Below are positions 19,790-29,738 of a stretch of DNA of 64,000 nucleotides, piece after piece; position 1 is the stretch's first letter; each line of letters begins with the position of its first letter. Source of the stretch: Acidobacteriota bacterium. Its GTDB lineage: Bacteria > Acidobacteriota > UBA890 > WLXD01. The DNA lies in assembly GCA_965248695.1 (NCBI GenBank), contig CBDFKD010000002.1:5344001-5408000 (forward strand). Reading direction: 5' to 3'. A program made the translations under genes and the position numbers. Below the pieces are notes generated by a model. It saw only the letters and a program-made list of their open reading frames with translations. It searched no databases and was not told where the DNA came from.

Positions 19790-21235
19790 ATGGAGCGCGA
19801 CCCGACTTTCTCCCAACTGGGGCTTCCCTTCATGACAGAGCAGCAACAAAGGCAGCGCCGGCGACGGGGTCGCCGCCGGTCCCGCGGCGGACGAGGCCGA
19901 CGTCGCGGTCAGCCAAACCAGCCACAGGATTTCACCCCGCCGCGCGACGAAGACACCGCGCTGTTGCTGCAGGACGCGCACAGCGTCGACGATCTGATGG
20001 AGGCGCGGCCCGCGGAGCTGCTCGAGATTGCCGCCGAGCTCAAGGTGGAAAACGCCACCGAGCTTGAAGCCGAGGCGCTCATCGACGCGTGTCTCCGAGC
20101 GCAGGCAAAAGAACATGGGCTAGTCTACAAGCAGGGCGTGCTAGAGCGCCTTCCCGACGGCTATGGTTTCATTCGCTCCGCCGAACACTCGTACCTGCCT
20201 GGGCCGGAGGACGTCTACGTCTCCCCTACCCAGATCCGGCGCTTCAACCTGCTCACCGGCGATACGCTTGCCGGCAGCATCCGACCGCCGAAGCAGGGTG
20301 AGAAGTACTTCGCCCTCGTTCAGATCGATGCCATCAACTATGACGCACCTGGCAAGGCGCTCGATCGCACCCTGTTCAAGGACCTGACGCCGTATCACCC
20401 CGAACGACAGATCGAGGCGGAGATTCCAGGCGATGACCTCATCGGTCGGGTCGTCGATCTGTTGTGTCCGTTGGGTTTCGGCCAGCGGGCCCTGATCGTC
20501 TCGCCGCCGCGGGCGGGCAAGACCATACTGCTGCAGGCAATCGCCAAGGCGTTGGCCGCCAACCACCCGGACGTCAAGCTCATCGTGCTGTTGCTCGACG
20601 AGCGGCCCGAAGAGGTCACCGACATGAAGCGGTCGGTGCGCGGCGAGGTCGTCTACTCGACGTTCGACGAACCGGCGAGTCGCCATACTGCCGTCGGCGA
20701 GATCGTGCTCGAAAAGGCTCGACGGATGGTGGAGAGCGGCCACGACGTCGTCATCCTGCTCGACTCACTGACCCGTTTGGCGCGGGCGCACAACACCGTT
20801 ACGCCATCTTCCGGCCGCGTGCTGACCGGTGGGGTCGACGCCAACGCCCTGGAGAAGCCCAAGAAGTTCTTCGGTTCGGCGCGCGCAGTCGAGGAGGGCG
20901 GGTCGCTGACGATCGTCGCAACCGCCCTGATCGAGACCGGCAGTCGCATGGACGAGGTGATCTTCGAGGAGTTCAAGGGCACTGGCAACTCCGAGATCGT
21001 CCTGGAGCGCAAGCTCGCCGACAAGCGCATCTTCCCCGCCATCGAGATCAACAAGTCGGGTACCCGCAAGGAAGAGCTCCTGCTCGGAGCCGAGGACCTA
21101 CAGCGCATCTGGATGCTCCGCAAGGCGCTGGCGGCGGTACCGGCAGACGAGGCCATGGAGCTCTTGCTCAAGCGGCTGCGTCAGACCGCGAACAATCGCG
21201 AGTTTCTCGAAACGCTGACCAACGGGATGGCCTGA
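19790..21235 (+). CDS. rho: Transcription termination factor Rho (alternative start 19832)
   Basis: [43 protein letters not shown]. Confidence 0.98.
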   Translation: MERDPTFSQLGLPFMTEQQQRQRRRRGRRRSRGGRGRRRGQPNQPQDFTPPRDEDTALLLQDAHSVDDLMEARPAELLEIAAELKVENATELEAEALIDACLRAQAKEHGLVYKQGVLERLPDGYGFIRSAEHSYLPGPEDVYVSPTQIRRFNLLTGDTLAGSIRPPKQGEKYFALVQIDAINYDAPGKALDRTLFKDLTPYHPERQIEAEIPGDDLIGRVVDLLCPLGFGQRALIVSPPRAGKTILLQAIAKALAANHPDVKLIVLLLDERPEEVTDMKRSVRGEVVYSTFDEPASRHTAVGEIVLEKARRMVESGHDVVILLDSLTRLARAHNTVTPSSGRVLTGGVDANALEKPKKFFGSARAVEEGGSLTIVATALIETGSRMDEVIFEEFKGTGNSEIVLERKLADKRIFPAIEINKSGTRKEELLLGAEDLQRIWMLRKALAAVPADEAMELLLKRLRQTANNREFLETLTNGMA

Positions 21236-21298
21236 GCAACCCCGCGCTGTGGAAAGGTTCCTCACGCCCGCGTTGATCACTCCGGAGGGAACGGATTC

Positions 21299-21862
21299 GT
21301 GCTGTGGGGGTTCGGTCTGATCGTCGCTGTGCTGGGCACGGCAATCCTCCTGTACAACCGGCTCGTCGGGCTGCAGAAACGCGCCGAGGGAGCTTGGGCA
21401 GACATCGACGCCCAGCTCAAGCGCCGACACGACGTCATCCCGTCGCTGGTCGAGGTCGTCAAGGGCTACGCCGCCCACGAGCGCGAGACCCTGGAATCGG
21501 TGGTCGCGATGCGGAGCGCCGCCCAGCAGGCCGAGGGGCTACGCCTTCCGGATGCCGGCACGGCGCAGCTCGAGAACGGCCTCGTGGGAGCGCTACGCGG
21601 CCTGTTCGCGCTCGCGGAGGCTTATCCCGAGATTCGGGCCAGTGAGCGCTACGGAACGCTGCAGAGCCAGCTGTCGGAGATCGAGGACGACCTCCAGGCG
21701 GCGCGACGCTACTACAATGCCGTAGTTCGCGACCACAACACCGCGGTCGCGAGCTTTCCGGCGGTCATGATCGCGGCACCGATGGGATTCGTGCCGCGCG
21801 AGTTCTTCGAGGTCGACAACCCACTGGAGCGACAGGCGGTGAGGGTGGATCTGGATGCGTAG
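21299..21862 (+). CDS. lemA: LemA family protein
   Basis: YNRLV, IDAQLKRRHD, LAEAYP, ARRYYN. Confidence 0.93.
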   Translation: MLWGFGLIVAVLGTAILLYNRLVGLQKRAEGAWADIDAQLKRRHDVIPSLVEVVKGYAAHERETLESVVAMRSAAQQAEGLRLPDAGTAQLENGLVGALRGLFALAEAYPEIRASERYGTLQSQLSEIEDDLQAARRYYNAVVRDHNTAVASFPAVMIAAPMGFVPREFFEVDNPLERQAVRVDLDA

Positions 21863-23585
21863 GCTGAGCACTGTAGCGTCGGCGCTGCTCGTGGCAATCA
21901 CGTTTCACGTCGCACCGACCACCGCGCAAGCGCAGGACCGGCGCTACTGGGTGGAGGCCTTCGATGCCGACATCCACGTTTTGGAGAGTGGCGAGATCGA
22001 GGTCACCGAGCACCTCACCTTCCGTTTCGATGGCTCGTTCAACGGCATCTACCGAGACATTCCGGTGGAGTACGAGACTCCCTGGGGGCTCGACTACGGT
22101 TTGCGCCTCGACCCTGTCGCGGTCACCACCGAGGACGGCGCCGCGCTGCGCCACGAAACCGACCGCAGGGGCGACGACTTTCGCTTCAAGGTCTGGGTTC
22201 CAGATGCCAACAACGCCTCTCGAACGGTCGTATTGCGGTATCGCGTCGGTCGCGCCCTCCGTTTTCCGGACACCGAGGAGGGCTTCGAGGCCCACGATCA
22301 GCTCTACTGGAACGTGACCGGCACCGGCTGGAGCGTGCCGATCGAATCGGCATCGGCACGGATCACGTTGCCGGAGGGTCTCCGTCAGCCGCCGTGGACC
22401 CTGGCGTACACCGGACCCCGGGGCAGCCGCGTCCAGGAGGCCGATATCGACAACATAGCCATCAATGTGGTGCGCATCAGCACCCGCAACCAACTCGCTC
22501 CCGGAGAGGGGCTGACGGTGGTCGTCGGCTGGCCTCCAGGTCTGGTCTACCGACCCACCGCATCCGATCAGATCCGTGATCTGTTCGCAGACAACTGGCC
22601 GCTCGGACTGCCGTTCCTGGCCTTCATCGGGATGTTCCTGCTGCACCGATCCCGGGGCCGTGATCCACAGATCGATCGATCGGTGATGGTGCGCTACGAG
22701 CCACCGGAAGACTTTCGACCGGCCGAGCTCGGCACTCTGATCGACGAGAAGGTCGACCTTCGCGATATCGTCGCGACGGTCATCGATCTGGCCGTGCGCG
22801 GCTATCTGAAGATCGAGGAAACCACCGAGGCCGGGTGGCTGAGCGAAACCACCAAGACCACGTTCCAGCGCATGAAGCCAGCCGACGACGCGCTGCGTTC
22901 CTACGAGAGGTCGGTGCTCGACGGACTGTTCGAGGGCGGCGACCGGGTGGAGATGGACGATCTGAAGAGCAAGTTCTACACCCGCGTCAGCGACATCAAG
23001 AGCGACCTCTACGGCAGCATGACGAAGCGCGGGCTCTTCCGAGCGCGACCCGACCGATCGCGCACCACGTGGGTCGTGCTGGCTCTGCTTTCCCTGCTAC
23101 CGATGGTTCTGCTAGGGGTGCTGCTACAGAAACCGGCCATGTTGATCGCCGCCCCGTTCACCGCGCTCGCCATCGGCGTCTTTGCCCCCTTCATGCCCGC
23201 GCGCACTGCGGCCGGCCGTCGGACATTTGTCGATCTGAAGGGCTTCGAGGAGTTCCTCGGGCGTACCGAAGCCGAGCGCTTCAAGGCGCTCGGTATTTCG
23301 GAAACCGCCTTCGAGCGCTATCTGCCGTACGCGATGGCTTTCGGAGTTGCGGATCACTGGGCGAAGCTCTTCGAGGGAATGCTGACCCAGCCGCCGACCT
23401 GGTACGCCGGTCCGACACCGCATTTCAGTCCGTCGTTGTTCGGCACACGCATGGGGAGCATGGGAACGTCGCTGGGAACGGCGATGGCCACACAGCCTCG
23501 TAGCACCAGCGGCAGCTCGGGGTTCTCCGGCGGCGGCGGTTTCTCGGGCGGAGGCTTCGGCGGCGGCGGCGGCGGCGCCTTCTAG
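21855..23585 (+). CDS. DUF2207 family membrane protein
   Basis: LYWNVTG, FERYLPYAMAFGV, Gly-rich C-terminus GGGFGGGGGGAF; usual lemA partner. Confidence 0.88.
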   Translation: MRRLSTVASALLVAITFHVAPTTAQAQDRRYWVEAFDADIHVLESGEIEVTEHLTFRFDGSFNGIYRDIPVEYETPWGLDYGLRLDPVAVTTEDGAALRHETDRRGDDFRFKVWVPDANNASRTVVLRYRVGRALRFPDTEEGFEAHDQLYWNVTGTGWSVPIESASARITLPEGLRQPPWTLAYTGPRGSRVQEADIDNIAINVVRISTRNQLAPGEGLTVVVGWPPGLVYRPTASDQIRDLFADNWPLGLPFLAFIGMFLLHRSRGRDPQIDRSVMVRYEPPEDFRPAELGTLIDEKVDLRDIVATVIDLAVRGYLKIEETTEAGWLSETTKTTFQRMKPADDALRSYERSVLDGLFEGGDRVEMDDLKSKFYTRVSDIKSDLYGSMTKRGLFRARPDRSRTTWVVLALLSLLPMVLLGVLLQKPAMLIAAPFTALAIGVFAPFMPARTAAGRRTFVDLKGFEEFLGRTEAERFKALGISETAFERYLPYAMAFGVADHWAKLFEGMLTQPPTWYAGPTPHFSPSLFGTRMGSMGTSLGTAMATQPRSTSGSSGFSGGGGFSGGGFGGGGGGAF

Positions 23586-23660
23586 CGGCCTGTAACAGAT
23601 GAAGCGATTTCGCCGCCATCCTGCAAACAGATAGGCAGTTTAGTTCTAAGCAGGTCTCGC

Positions 23661-24749
23661 CTAGCTCAGCTCGAACGGCAGTCGCGCCGCCACCGAGGCA
23701 CCGGCTCGCGTCCGGCCCTGCCCCGGGAAGTGATACAGATCGAGGTAGAGCTGCAGGTCCGAGACCGTACGTAGCCCATGACTCGCCTGCGTGTCGAAGA
23801 ACACTGCGTGACGGTAGGCCGGCTTCACCAGAAAGCAGTTGGCGCCGTGCCCCGCCGGTCGTAGACCCAGGACGCGCCTCCACGTCTCCAGCGTCTGCTC
23901 CAGATCCTTATTGAGATCCGGCACATACACGTGCAGGTCGAACGGCAGTCGCCGCTGACCGGGTCTGAGCTGCAGCGCGTGGACGGCAGAATCGAGCGTC
24001 AGCGCATATCGATCCGACAGCTTCGAGTCCACGGTCCGCAGCCGTTGCAACGCCGCTTCGGGGTCCTTGTCCCGTAGTTGATACGAGAATACTTCGTTGG
24101 TCTCGAAGGCGTATTCGTCCAGCCAGTCCGCCAGCAGACGCTGCGGGCGCACGAGCCTCGACCCGCCGCCCCGTTGCCGCTCGACGTAGCCATCGGCTGC
24201 CATCTGCTGGAGTATCTGCGATACCCAGCCGAGGCTGAGTCCACCATGCTCGGCGATCTGTCGTGTGGTCAGCCACTCGCCCGGCCGTTGCATCATGACC
24301 CGCAGAGCAATCGTCGCCTTGTCGTGGAAGAGCGTCCGGATCTGCTTGCGCTCCGTGAAGCGGTTGCGGTTGCCGCTGACCTGCACCAGGACGTTGTTGA
24401 AGCGCAGATAAGCGTTGCCGGAGCAGTCCATGTAGCCGATGCCGGCCTCACGACACAGGCGTGCGCCGGCCGCTCCCATGTGCGGCACGATGATGCCCGC
24501 CGCGTTGCCCGGAGCCGCCGCGATACGCCGCAATCGCGGCAGGAGCCCGCGTAGCTGGCGAGGCTCACCGGAGGCGAGTGGAAGGTAGAGCAGGCGGCGG
24601 ATTGCGCCGGCGTGGCCGAGGAGCTCCACTTCGATCATGCTGGCGTCTTCGGTCGGAGTACCCACCCGCACTCCGGTGACCAAAATCTCGGGGACAACCT
24701 CTCGCCAGTTGGTCAGGAAGTAGGAGCGTACCTCGCTTGCGTTCCTCAT
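23661..24749 (-). CDS. AbiEi-type (type IV TA antitoxin-like) wHTH protein
   Basis: CREAGIGYMDCSGNAYL, central HTH (TTRQIAEHGGLSLGWVSQIL), LLADW, C-terminal VSDLQLYLDL. Confidence 0.7.
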   Translation of the reverse strand: MRNASEVRSYFLTNWREVVPEILVTGVRVGTPTEDASMIEVELLGHAGAIRRLLYLPLASGEPRQLRGLLPRLRRIAAAPGNAAGIIVPHMGAAGARLCREAGIGYMDCSGNAYLRFNNVLVQVSGNRNRFTERKQIRTLFHDKATIALRVMMQRPGEWLTTRQIAEHGGLSLGWVSQILQQMAADGYVERQRGGGSRLVRPQRLLADWLDEYAFETNEVFSYQLRDKDPEAALQRLRTVDSKLSDRYALTLDSAVHALQLRPGQRRLPFDLHVYVPDLNKDLEQTLETWRRVLGLRPAGHGANCFLVKPAYRHAVFFDTQASHGLRTVSDLQLYLDLYHFPGQGRTRAGASVAARLPFELS

Positions 24750-24913
24750 CAGGCGACGGGTCCGGGAGCAGAGCGGCCGTTAAGGCAGCGAGAGCGGCGT
24801 GCCGACATAGAGGCGCGTTTATAGCAAGAAGCGTCATCGGCCGCCAGCCGCCTGGGCGCTCCGCCGACGGTTCTGGGTCATACGAGGTCGAATTTCGCGT
24901 TTTGTTCCGTTCG

Positions 24914-25357
24914 TCAGCGAGACGCGGGCGGGCTCGGCACGAGTCGGAAACGGAAGGAGACCACATCGGTGGCGCGATCGAAGGGCATCGAGCCCTCCTG
25001 CTCGAGCCTCATGGTCTCGCCCGTCGGCACCGTCACCGAGCCCGTATCCGTATGCAGAACTCGGTCATAATCATCGAGCAAATCGATCGCCACTTCGACG
25101 TCGAAGGACCGCGTCGTGTCGTTGACTACCTCGGCCGACCAGCGGAAGTGGGCACGTTCCTGCTCGACGGTGCTCCAATCGAAATCATGCTCGCCGAGAC
25201 GCAGCTCTGCCGCTGCCTGCAGGGGATCGCCGAGTGGCGACAGTACGAGCGCTAGCGTCAGACCGATCAGGGACCACGCTGATGTCGGCAACGCGGGCCG
25301 GCGGCTTCCCCACCATGCCTCATCATCAGCACCGAACAGACCATCGCTCACCCCCAT
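24914..25357 (-). CDS. Hypothetical secreted beta-sandwich protein (FxLYD-like)
   Basis: Hydrophobic signal segment, then AEVVNDT...IDLLDDYDRVL; co-oriented with the helicase gene string. Confidence 0.55.
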   Translation of the reverse strand: MGVSDGLFGADDEAWWGSRRPALPTSAWSLIGLTLALVLSPLGDPLQAAAELRLGEHDFDWSTVEQERAHFRWSAEVVNDTTRSFDVEVAIDLLDDYDRVLHTDTGSVTVPTGETMRLEQEGSMPFDRATDVVSFRFRLVPSPPASR

Positions 25358-25445
25358 GAGTTGAAGCTAGCATGGTGGTCGTTGGAGGGTCAAAGCAACG
25401 GTGCAGCACCGAACGAGTCGTTCCGGAAACGAGCTCCGAAGCGAC

Positions 25446-27584
25446 TCATTGAGGGTACTCCTCGTCGTTCCACAGCGGATCGACGTTGGGGTCGAACGTG
25501 TCGTCGGAATCCTGTAGCGCGACGGACTCGTGGCCAGCAACGGTGCCAGCGTCGGGGTGGGGTCCGACGTTTGACGGGCTCTGGTCGCCAGGCTCGTCGA
25601 ACAGCTCCCACGGCTCGACCAGATCGCGTGGCAGCTCCTGCAGGAACCTGGAAGGCTGCTGCAGCAGTGCACCGCCCATCCCTCCCGGGCGCACGATCGG
25701 GTAACTCAAGTAGAGTTCGTCCCGCGCCCGAGTCATGGCGACATAGAAGATCCTACGTTCCTCCTCTTCGCCGCCCGGCTCGTCGAGTGCCCTGGGACTC
25801 GGTAGCGCGCCTTCGACCAGATGAATGGCGAACACCACATTCCATTCGAGTCCCTTCGCCTGGTGGACGGTCGACAACACCACCCGTTCGTCGTCCGGGT
25901 CACCGCCGCCGCGTACGTCCTGACCATAGAGCTCTCCGAGCAGCACCAGCTCCTCCAGGAACGTGCGGATCGACTCGTACTGGGCGGCGAACACCGCCAG
26001 CTGCTCGAGATCCTCGACGCGTGACTCGTAGTTGGTGAACTGGGTCGCGGCAACATCGTCGTAGCCGCCCTCGAGGACTGCGCGGATCGCCGCTTCGGGC
26101 TCCGCGGCGCAGGCGACGACGGATTCCAGAAGTGTGGCAAAGGCATCCCATGCGGTCCGCGCGCGGCGCTGTAAGAGAGCTCTGATGGGCTCCGAACCCA
26201 ACTGGGCCAACAGCTCGCCGGCGGTGGACGCCGAGGCCAGCGCCTCCCAGAGCCGCCGAGCCGTGACGTTGCCGATGCCTCGCTGCAGCATGAGGGCGCG
26301 ACGAAAGGCGACTTCGTCGCGTGGATTATCGGCCAGGCGCAGGTAGGCGGTCACGTCCTTGACATGCGCTTGCTCGAAAAATCGGAGACCACCGCGGATG
26401 TCGTACGGGATGTCGTAGCGCAGCAACGTGGTTTCCACGGAGAGCCTGTGGGAGTGGGCGCGGTAGAGCACCGCCATCTCGTTCAGCGGCGTGCCCTCGT
26501 CGCGCAGCTGCAGGATGCGTTCGGCAACGAAGGCGGCCTCCTGCGCCGGGTAGTTGGCGGGGACCAGCGCCGGTTGCTGACCGGGGTCGCGTCGCGCCTG
26601 CAACTCCTTTTGGTACTGGCCGGTGTTGCAGCGGATGCTGGCGTTGGTCAGCGCCATGATCTCCGGCGTGGAGCGGTAGTTGATCTCGAGCTTGAAGACC
26701 TGAGCTCGGGGATGACGGTCCGCGAACCCGAGGATGTTGTCGTAATGGGCGCCGCGAAAGGAGTAGATGCTCTGACAGTCGTCACCGACGACCATCAGGT
26801 TGCCGCCGTTCTCGCGTGCCAGCGTCTCGACAATCTCCCCTTGGATCAGGTTGGTGTCCTGGTACTCGTCGACGAGCACGTAGCGGAGTTGCTCACCGTA
26901 CCGTCGACGCACCTCGGGCACTTCGCGCAGCAATCGCAACCACATCGTCAGCAGGTCGTCGTAGTCCATCGCGTTCGCCGCCAGCTTGCGCTCCGCGTAG
27001 CGTCGAGCCACCGCTTCAATCTGCTCTTCCCAGTCGACGAAGCGTGGAAACCGTTCCGCGACCACATCGGCCATCTCGGTGCGCGAGTTGACCTGCAACG
27101 AGATCAGCGACCCGAGGACTTTCGGCGAGGGAAAGCGTCGGCGCTCGACTTCGACACCAACATCGGTGATGCACAGCCGGATGAGGTCGCGCTGATCGCT
27201 GTCGTCGAGAATCGAGAAGGAATCCGTGAAGCCGAGGACCGCTCCGTGTCGTCTCAGGGTTCTCGCGCCGACGGAGTGGAACGTTCCTCCCCAGAGCCTG
27301 TCGGTGTCCAGATTCGTCAGCTGGCGCACACGGCCGACCATCTCGCGGGCGGCCTTGTTGGTGAACGTCACCAGCAAGATGGCGTCGGCGGGGATACCGC
27401 GGCTGAGGAGCCAGGCGACGCGGTAGGTCAGCGTGCGGGTCTTGCCCGTTCCGGCACCCGCGATAACCAGCTTTTCGCCATCGCCACAGGTGACCGCGGC
27501 GTACTGCTGCTCGTTGAGATCGGCCTCGAAATCGACGTCCAGCTCGGGTCCGGCGCGGCGCTGGATGACGAACTTGCGGGCCAT
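25446..27584 (-). CDS. UvrD/PcrA family ATP-dependent DNA helicase
   Basis: AGAGTGKT, TFTNKAA, DEYQDTN, VGDDCQSIYSFRGA, NYRST, STVHQAKGLE, YVAMTRA. Confidence 0.95.
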   Translation of the reverse strand: MARKFVIQRRAGPELDVDFEADLNEQQYAAVTCGDGEKLVIAGAGTGKTRTLTYRVAWLLSRGIPADAILLVTFTNKAAREMVGRVRQLTNLDTDRLWGGTFHSVGARTLRRHGAVLGFTDSFSILDDSDQRDLIRLCITDVGVEVERRRFPSPKVLGSLISLQVNSRTEMADVVAERFPRFVDWEEQIEAVARRYAERKLAANAMDYDDLLTMWLRLLREVPEVRRRYGEQLRYVLVDEYQDTNLIQGEIVETLARENGGNLMVVGDDCQSIYSFRGAHYDNILGFADRHPRAQVFKLEINYRSTPEIMALTNASIRCNTGQYQKELQARRDPGQQPALVPANYPAQEAAFVAERILQLRDEGTPLNEMAVLYRAHSHRLSVETTLLRYDIPYDIRGGLRFFEQAHVKDVTAYLRLADNPRDEVAFRRALMLQRGIGNVTARRLWEALASASTAGELLAQLGSEPIRALLQRRARTAWDAFATLLESVVACAAEPEAAIRAVLEGGYDDVAATQFTNYESRVEDLEQLAVFAAQYESIRTFLEELVLLGELYGQDVRGGGDPDDERVVLSTVHQAKGLEWNVVFAIHLVEGALPSPRALDEPGGEEEERRIFYVAMTRARDELYLSYPIVRPGGMGGALLQQPSRFLQELPRDLVEPWELFDEPGDQSPSNVGPHPDAGTVAGHESVALQDSDDTFDPNVDPLWNDEEYPQ

Positions 27585-27589
27585 TGGGG

Positions 27590-29356
27590 TCAGCGGAGCG
27601 GCGCCGGAACCGGGCCTTCGATCAGGGCCCACCCGCCGCCGGCAGAGCCGACGAGGCGCAGCAGCTCGACCTTGCGAGCCAGAGCCGCCGGATCCGGAAT
27701 GCCACCCAGCACATCGTCGCTTCGCCAGATGGGTCGTGAAGCAGCCTGCGCGCCGACCAGCAGTCCGTTGAGCTGTTCGAGCATCGTGCGCTGGCGTGGA
27801 TACAGCAGCACCTCGACCTCGGTGCGGGCGTCGATACCGGCGGAGCGTCGTGCGACGCTGAGCGCCGCGCGCAGGCCGCCGATCTCATCGACCAGGCCGA
27901 CTTCCAGTGCCTGCTCTCCGGTCCACACTCTGCCGGCAGCCAACCGCTCGACTTCCTCCAGTCCCAGATTGCGGGCATCAGCTACCTTCTGGAGAAACGC
28001 ACGGTAGGTCTCATCGATCGACTCCGCGATGACCACTCGCTGCTCCGCTGACAGGCGCTGCGAATCGAGGAACAGGCCGGCGTTGCGGCCGCGGGTAACC
28101 GCATCGTTCGCGATACCGAGCTTCTCGTACGCGCCCACCAGGTTGTAGCGACCCATGGTCACGCCGATCGAACCCGTGTACGTGGCGCCGTCAGCGAGGA
28201 CGCGGGTTCCCGCGGTAGCGATCCAGTAGCCGCCCGAGGCGGCGACATCGGACATGCTGACGATCACCGGCATCGACTCGGCCGCCAGCGCCGCCTCTCT
28301 CCAGATAACGTCCGATGCGGTGACCGCCCCGCCTGGACTGTCTACCCGCAGGACGATCGCCTGCACAGAGTCATTTCGACGCGCGCGGCGGATAGCGCGC
28401 GCAATCGTTTCGCCGCCCGCCACCGCGCCCCCGAAGGCATCGTCGGTGACGTCCCCGGGCAGGATCAGGCCGTCGATATGGACCAGAGCGATCCCCGGCC
28501 GTCCAAGGCTCCATCCTCCGGGCGCCGCAAGCTCCCAGTATTCGCGCACGCCCACGCGCTGGGCGTCGTTGATGTCCAGAACATCGGCTACGTGGTCGTG
28601 GAATCCGAGCTCGTCCACTAGGCCGGCTTGCTGCGCCGCGACAGCGCCGAGCAGACCTTGATCGACGGCCGCCGCGACGGCTCCGCGATCGAGGCCGCGA
28701 TCGTCGGCAATGGCGTCGAGAACCTGGTCATAAATGCTATCGAGCAGGCTGTCCAGCACGGTGCGTTCCTCGTCACTCATGCCCGTTTCGGTGTACGGAT
28801 TCATCGCCGACTTGTAGGGACCGGTAGCAAACGTCTCGAACTCGACGCCGAGCTTGTCGAGCAGCTCACGGTAGTACTGACTGCGCGCAGCCAACCCCAG
28901 GATCAAGGTCCCAGTAGGTATCTGGATCACTGTGTCAGCGGCCGAGGCAACATAGAGATCGATCAGCGAGCCGAGCTCCAGGACCGCCACCACGGGCTTG
29001 CCCGATTCGCGGAACGCATGCACGGCGGAGCGGATCTCCTGCGCTTTGGCAAAGCCGCCGAGCATCGGACCGACGCGCATCACCACAGCCGAGACTCGCG
29101 CGTCGTCGGCGGCGGTGCGCAGCGCGCTGTCGATTTCTCGCACCGACAGCGGGCCGACAGATCGGTTGCCCCAGAGATACGCCGGTCGCTCGACGATCTC
29201 CCCTACCAGGGACACCTCTAGGACGTTGTCGGTGCCCAGGCTGCCGCGGTCGCCGAGCACGACCCGGTTGAGGAACTGGGTCGTCCACCAGAAGAGCATT
29301 ACAAGCAACACGAACCCCAGGATCACCCAGGTCCAGGAACTCCTTCGTCGTGCCAT
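27590..29356 (-). CDS. sppA: Signal peptide peptidase SppA (67K type)
   Basis: GPYKSA, LRVDSPGG, AASGGYWIA, TGSIGV, GRVWTG. Confidence 0.95.
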   Translation of the reverse strand: MARRRSSWTWVILGFVLLVMLFWWTTQFLNRVVLGDRGSLGTDNVLEVSLVGEIVERPAYLWGNRSVGPLSVREIDSALRTAADDARVSAVVMRVGPMLGGFAKAQEIRSAVHAFRESGKPVVAVLELGSLIDLYVASAADTVIQIPTGTLILGLAARSQYYRELLDKLGVEFETFATGPYKSAMNPYTETGMSDEERTVLDSLLDSIYDQVLDAIADDRGLDRGAVAAAVDQGLLGAVAAQQAGLVDELGFHDHVADVLDINDAQRVGVREYWELAAPGGWSLGRPGIALVHIDGLILPGDVTDDAFGGAVAGGETIARAIRRARRNDSVQAIVLRVDSPGGAVTASDVIWREAALAAESMPVIVSMSDVAASGGYWIATAGTRVLADGATYTGSIGVTMGRYNLVGAYEKLGIANDAVTRGRNAGLFLDSQRLSAEQRVVIAESIDETYRAFLQKVADARNLGLEEVERLAAGRVWTGEQALEVGLVDEIGGLRAALSVARRSAGIDARTEVEVLLYPRQRTMLEQLNGLLVGAQAASRPIWRSDDVLGGIPDPAALARKVELLRLVGSAGGGWALIEGPVPAPLR

Positions 29357-29385
29357 CCACCGCCCCCGATCTGTTCGTCTAGCGC

Positions 29386-29670
29386 TCAGGTTGCAACGTC
29401 GAAACTACCCGTGAGCGCGGCGTCGGTGCCCTCGTCGCTCACCTCGAGCCGATCCACACGCGCCGCCGGCGAGCCCCGATGGCACCACGCAATGAAGTCG
29501 TCCACCGGCGCCGCCGGCCCCTCCACGACCGCCTCGACAGTGCCGTCGTCGCGGTTGCGTACCCATCCTCGGAGACCGAGCTTCGTTGCCGCCCTGCGAG
29601 CGTGGGCGCGGTAGAACACTCCCTGTACCCGACCTCGGATTCGCAGGCGAACGCGTCGAACCGTGCTCAT
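29386..29670 (-). CDS. acyP: Acylphosphatase
   Basis: [21 protein letters not shown]. Confidence 0.94.
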   Translation of the reverse strand: MSTVRRVRLRIRGRVQGVFYRAHARRAATKLGLRGWVRNRDDGTVEAVVEGPAAPVDDFIAWCHRGSPAARVDRLEVSDEGTDAALTGSFDVAT

Positions 29671-29738
29671 CGGGCACCATTCTACCGACAACGCCGCGCC
29701 GACGGCGGTAATATCTGGCCTCATCAGGAGGTACAGCC

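Noticed and set aside
23519-23582. GGC-rich tandem repeat
   Set aside because: Encodes the normal Gly-rich C-terminal tail of DUF2207 proteins
24792-24807. GAGCGGCGTGCCGACA, a 12/16 match to the candidate parS
   Set aside because: The left arm is broken and a match of this level is plausible by chance at this GC content
26364-28007. 547-aa plus-strand ORF
   Set aside because: Antisense shadow of the UvrD and sppA genes, expected from high-GC codon bias; no recognisable motifs
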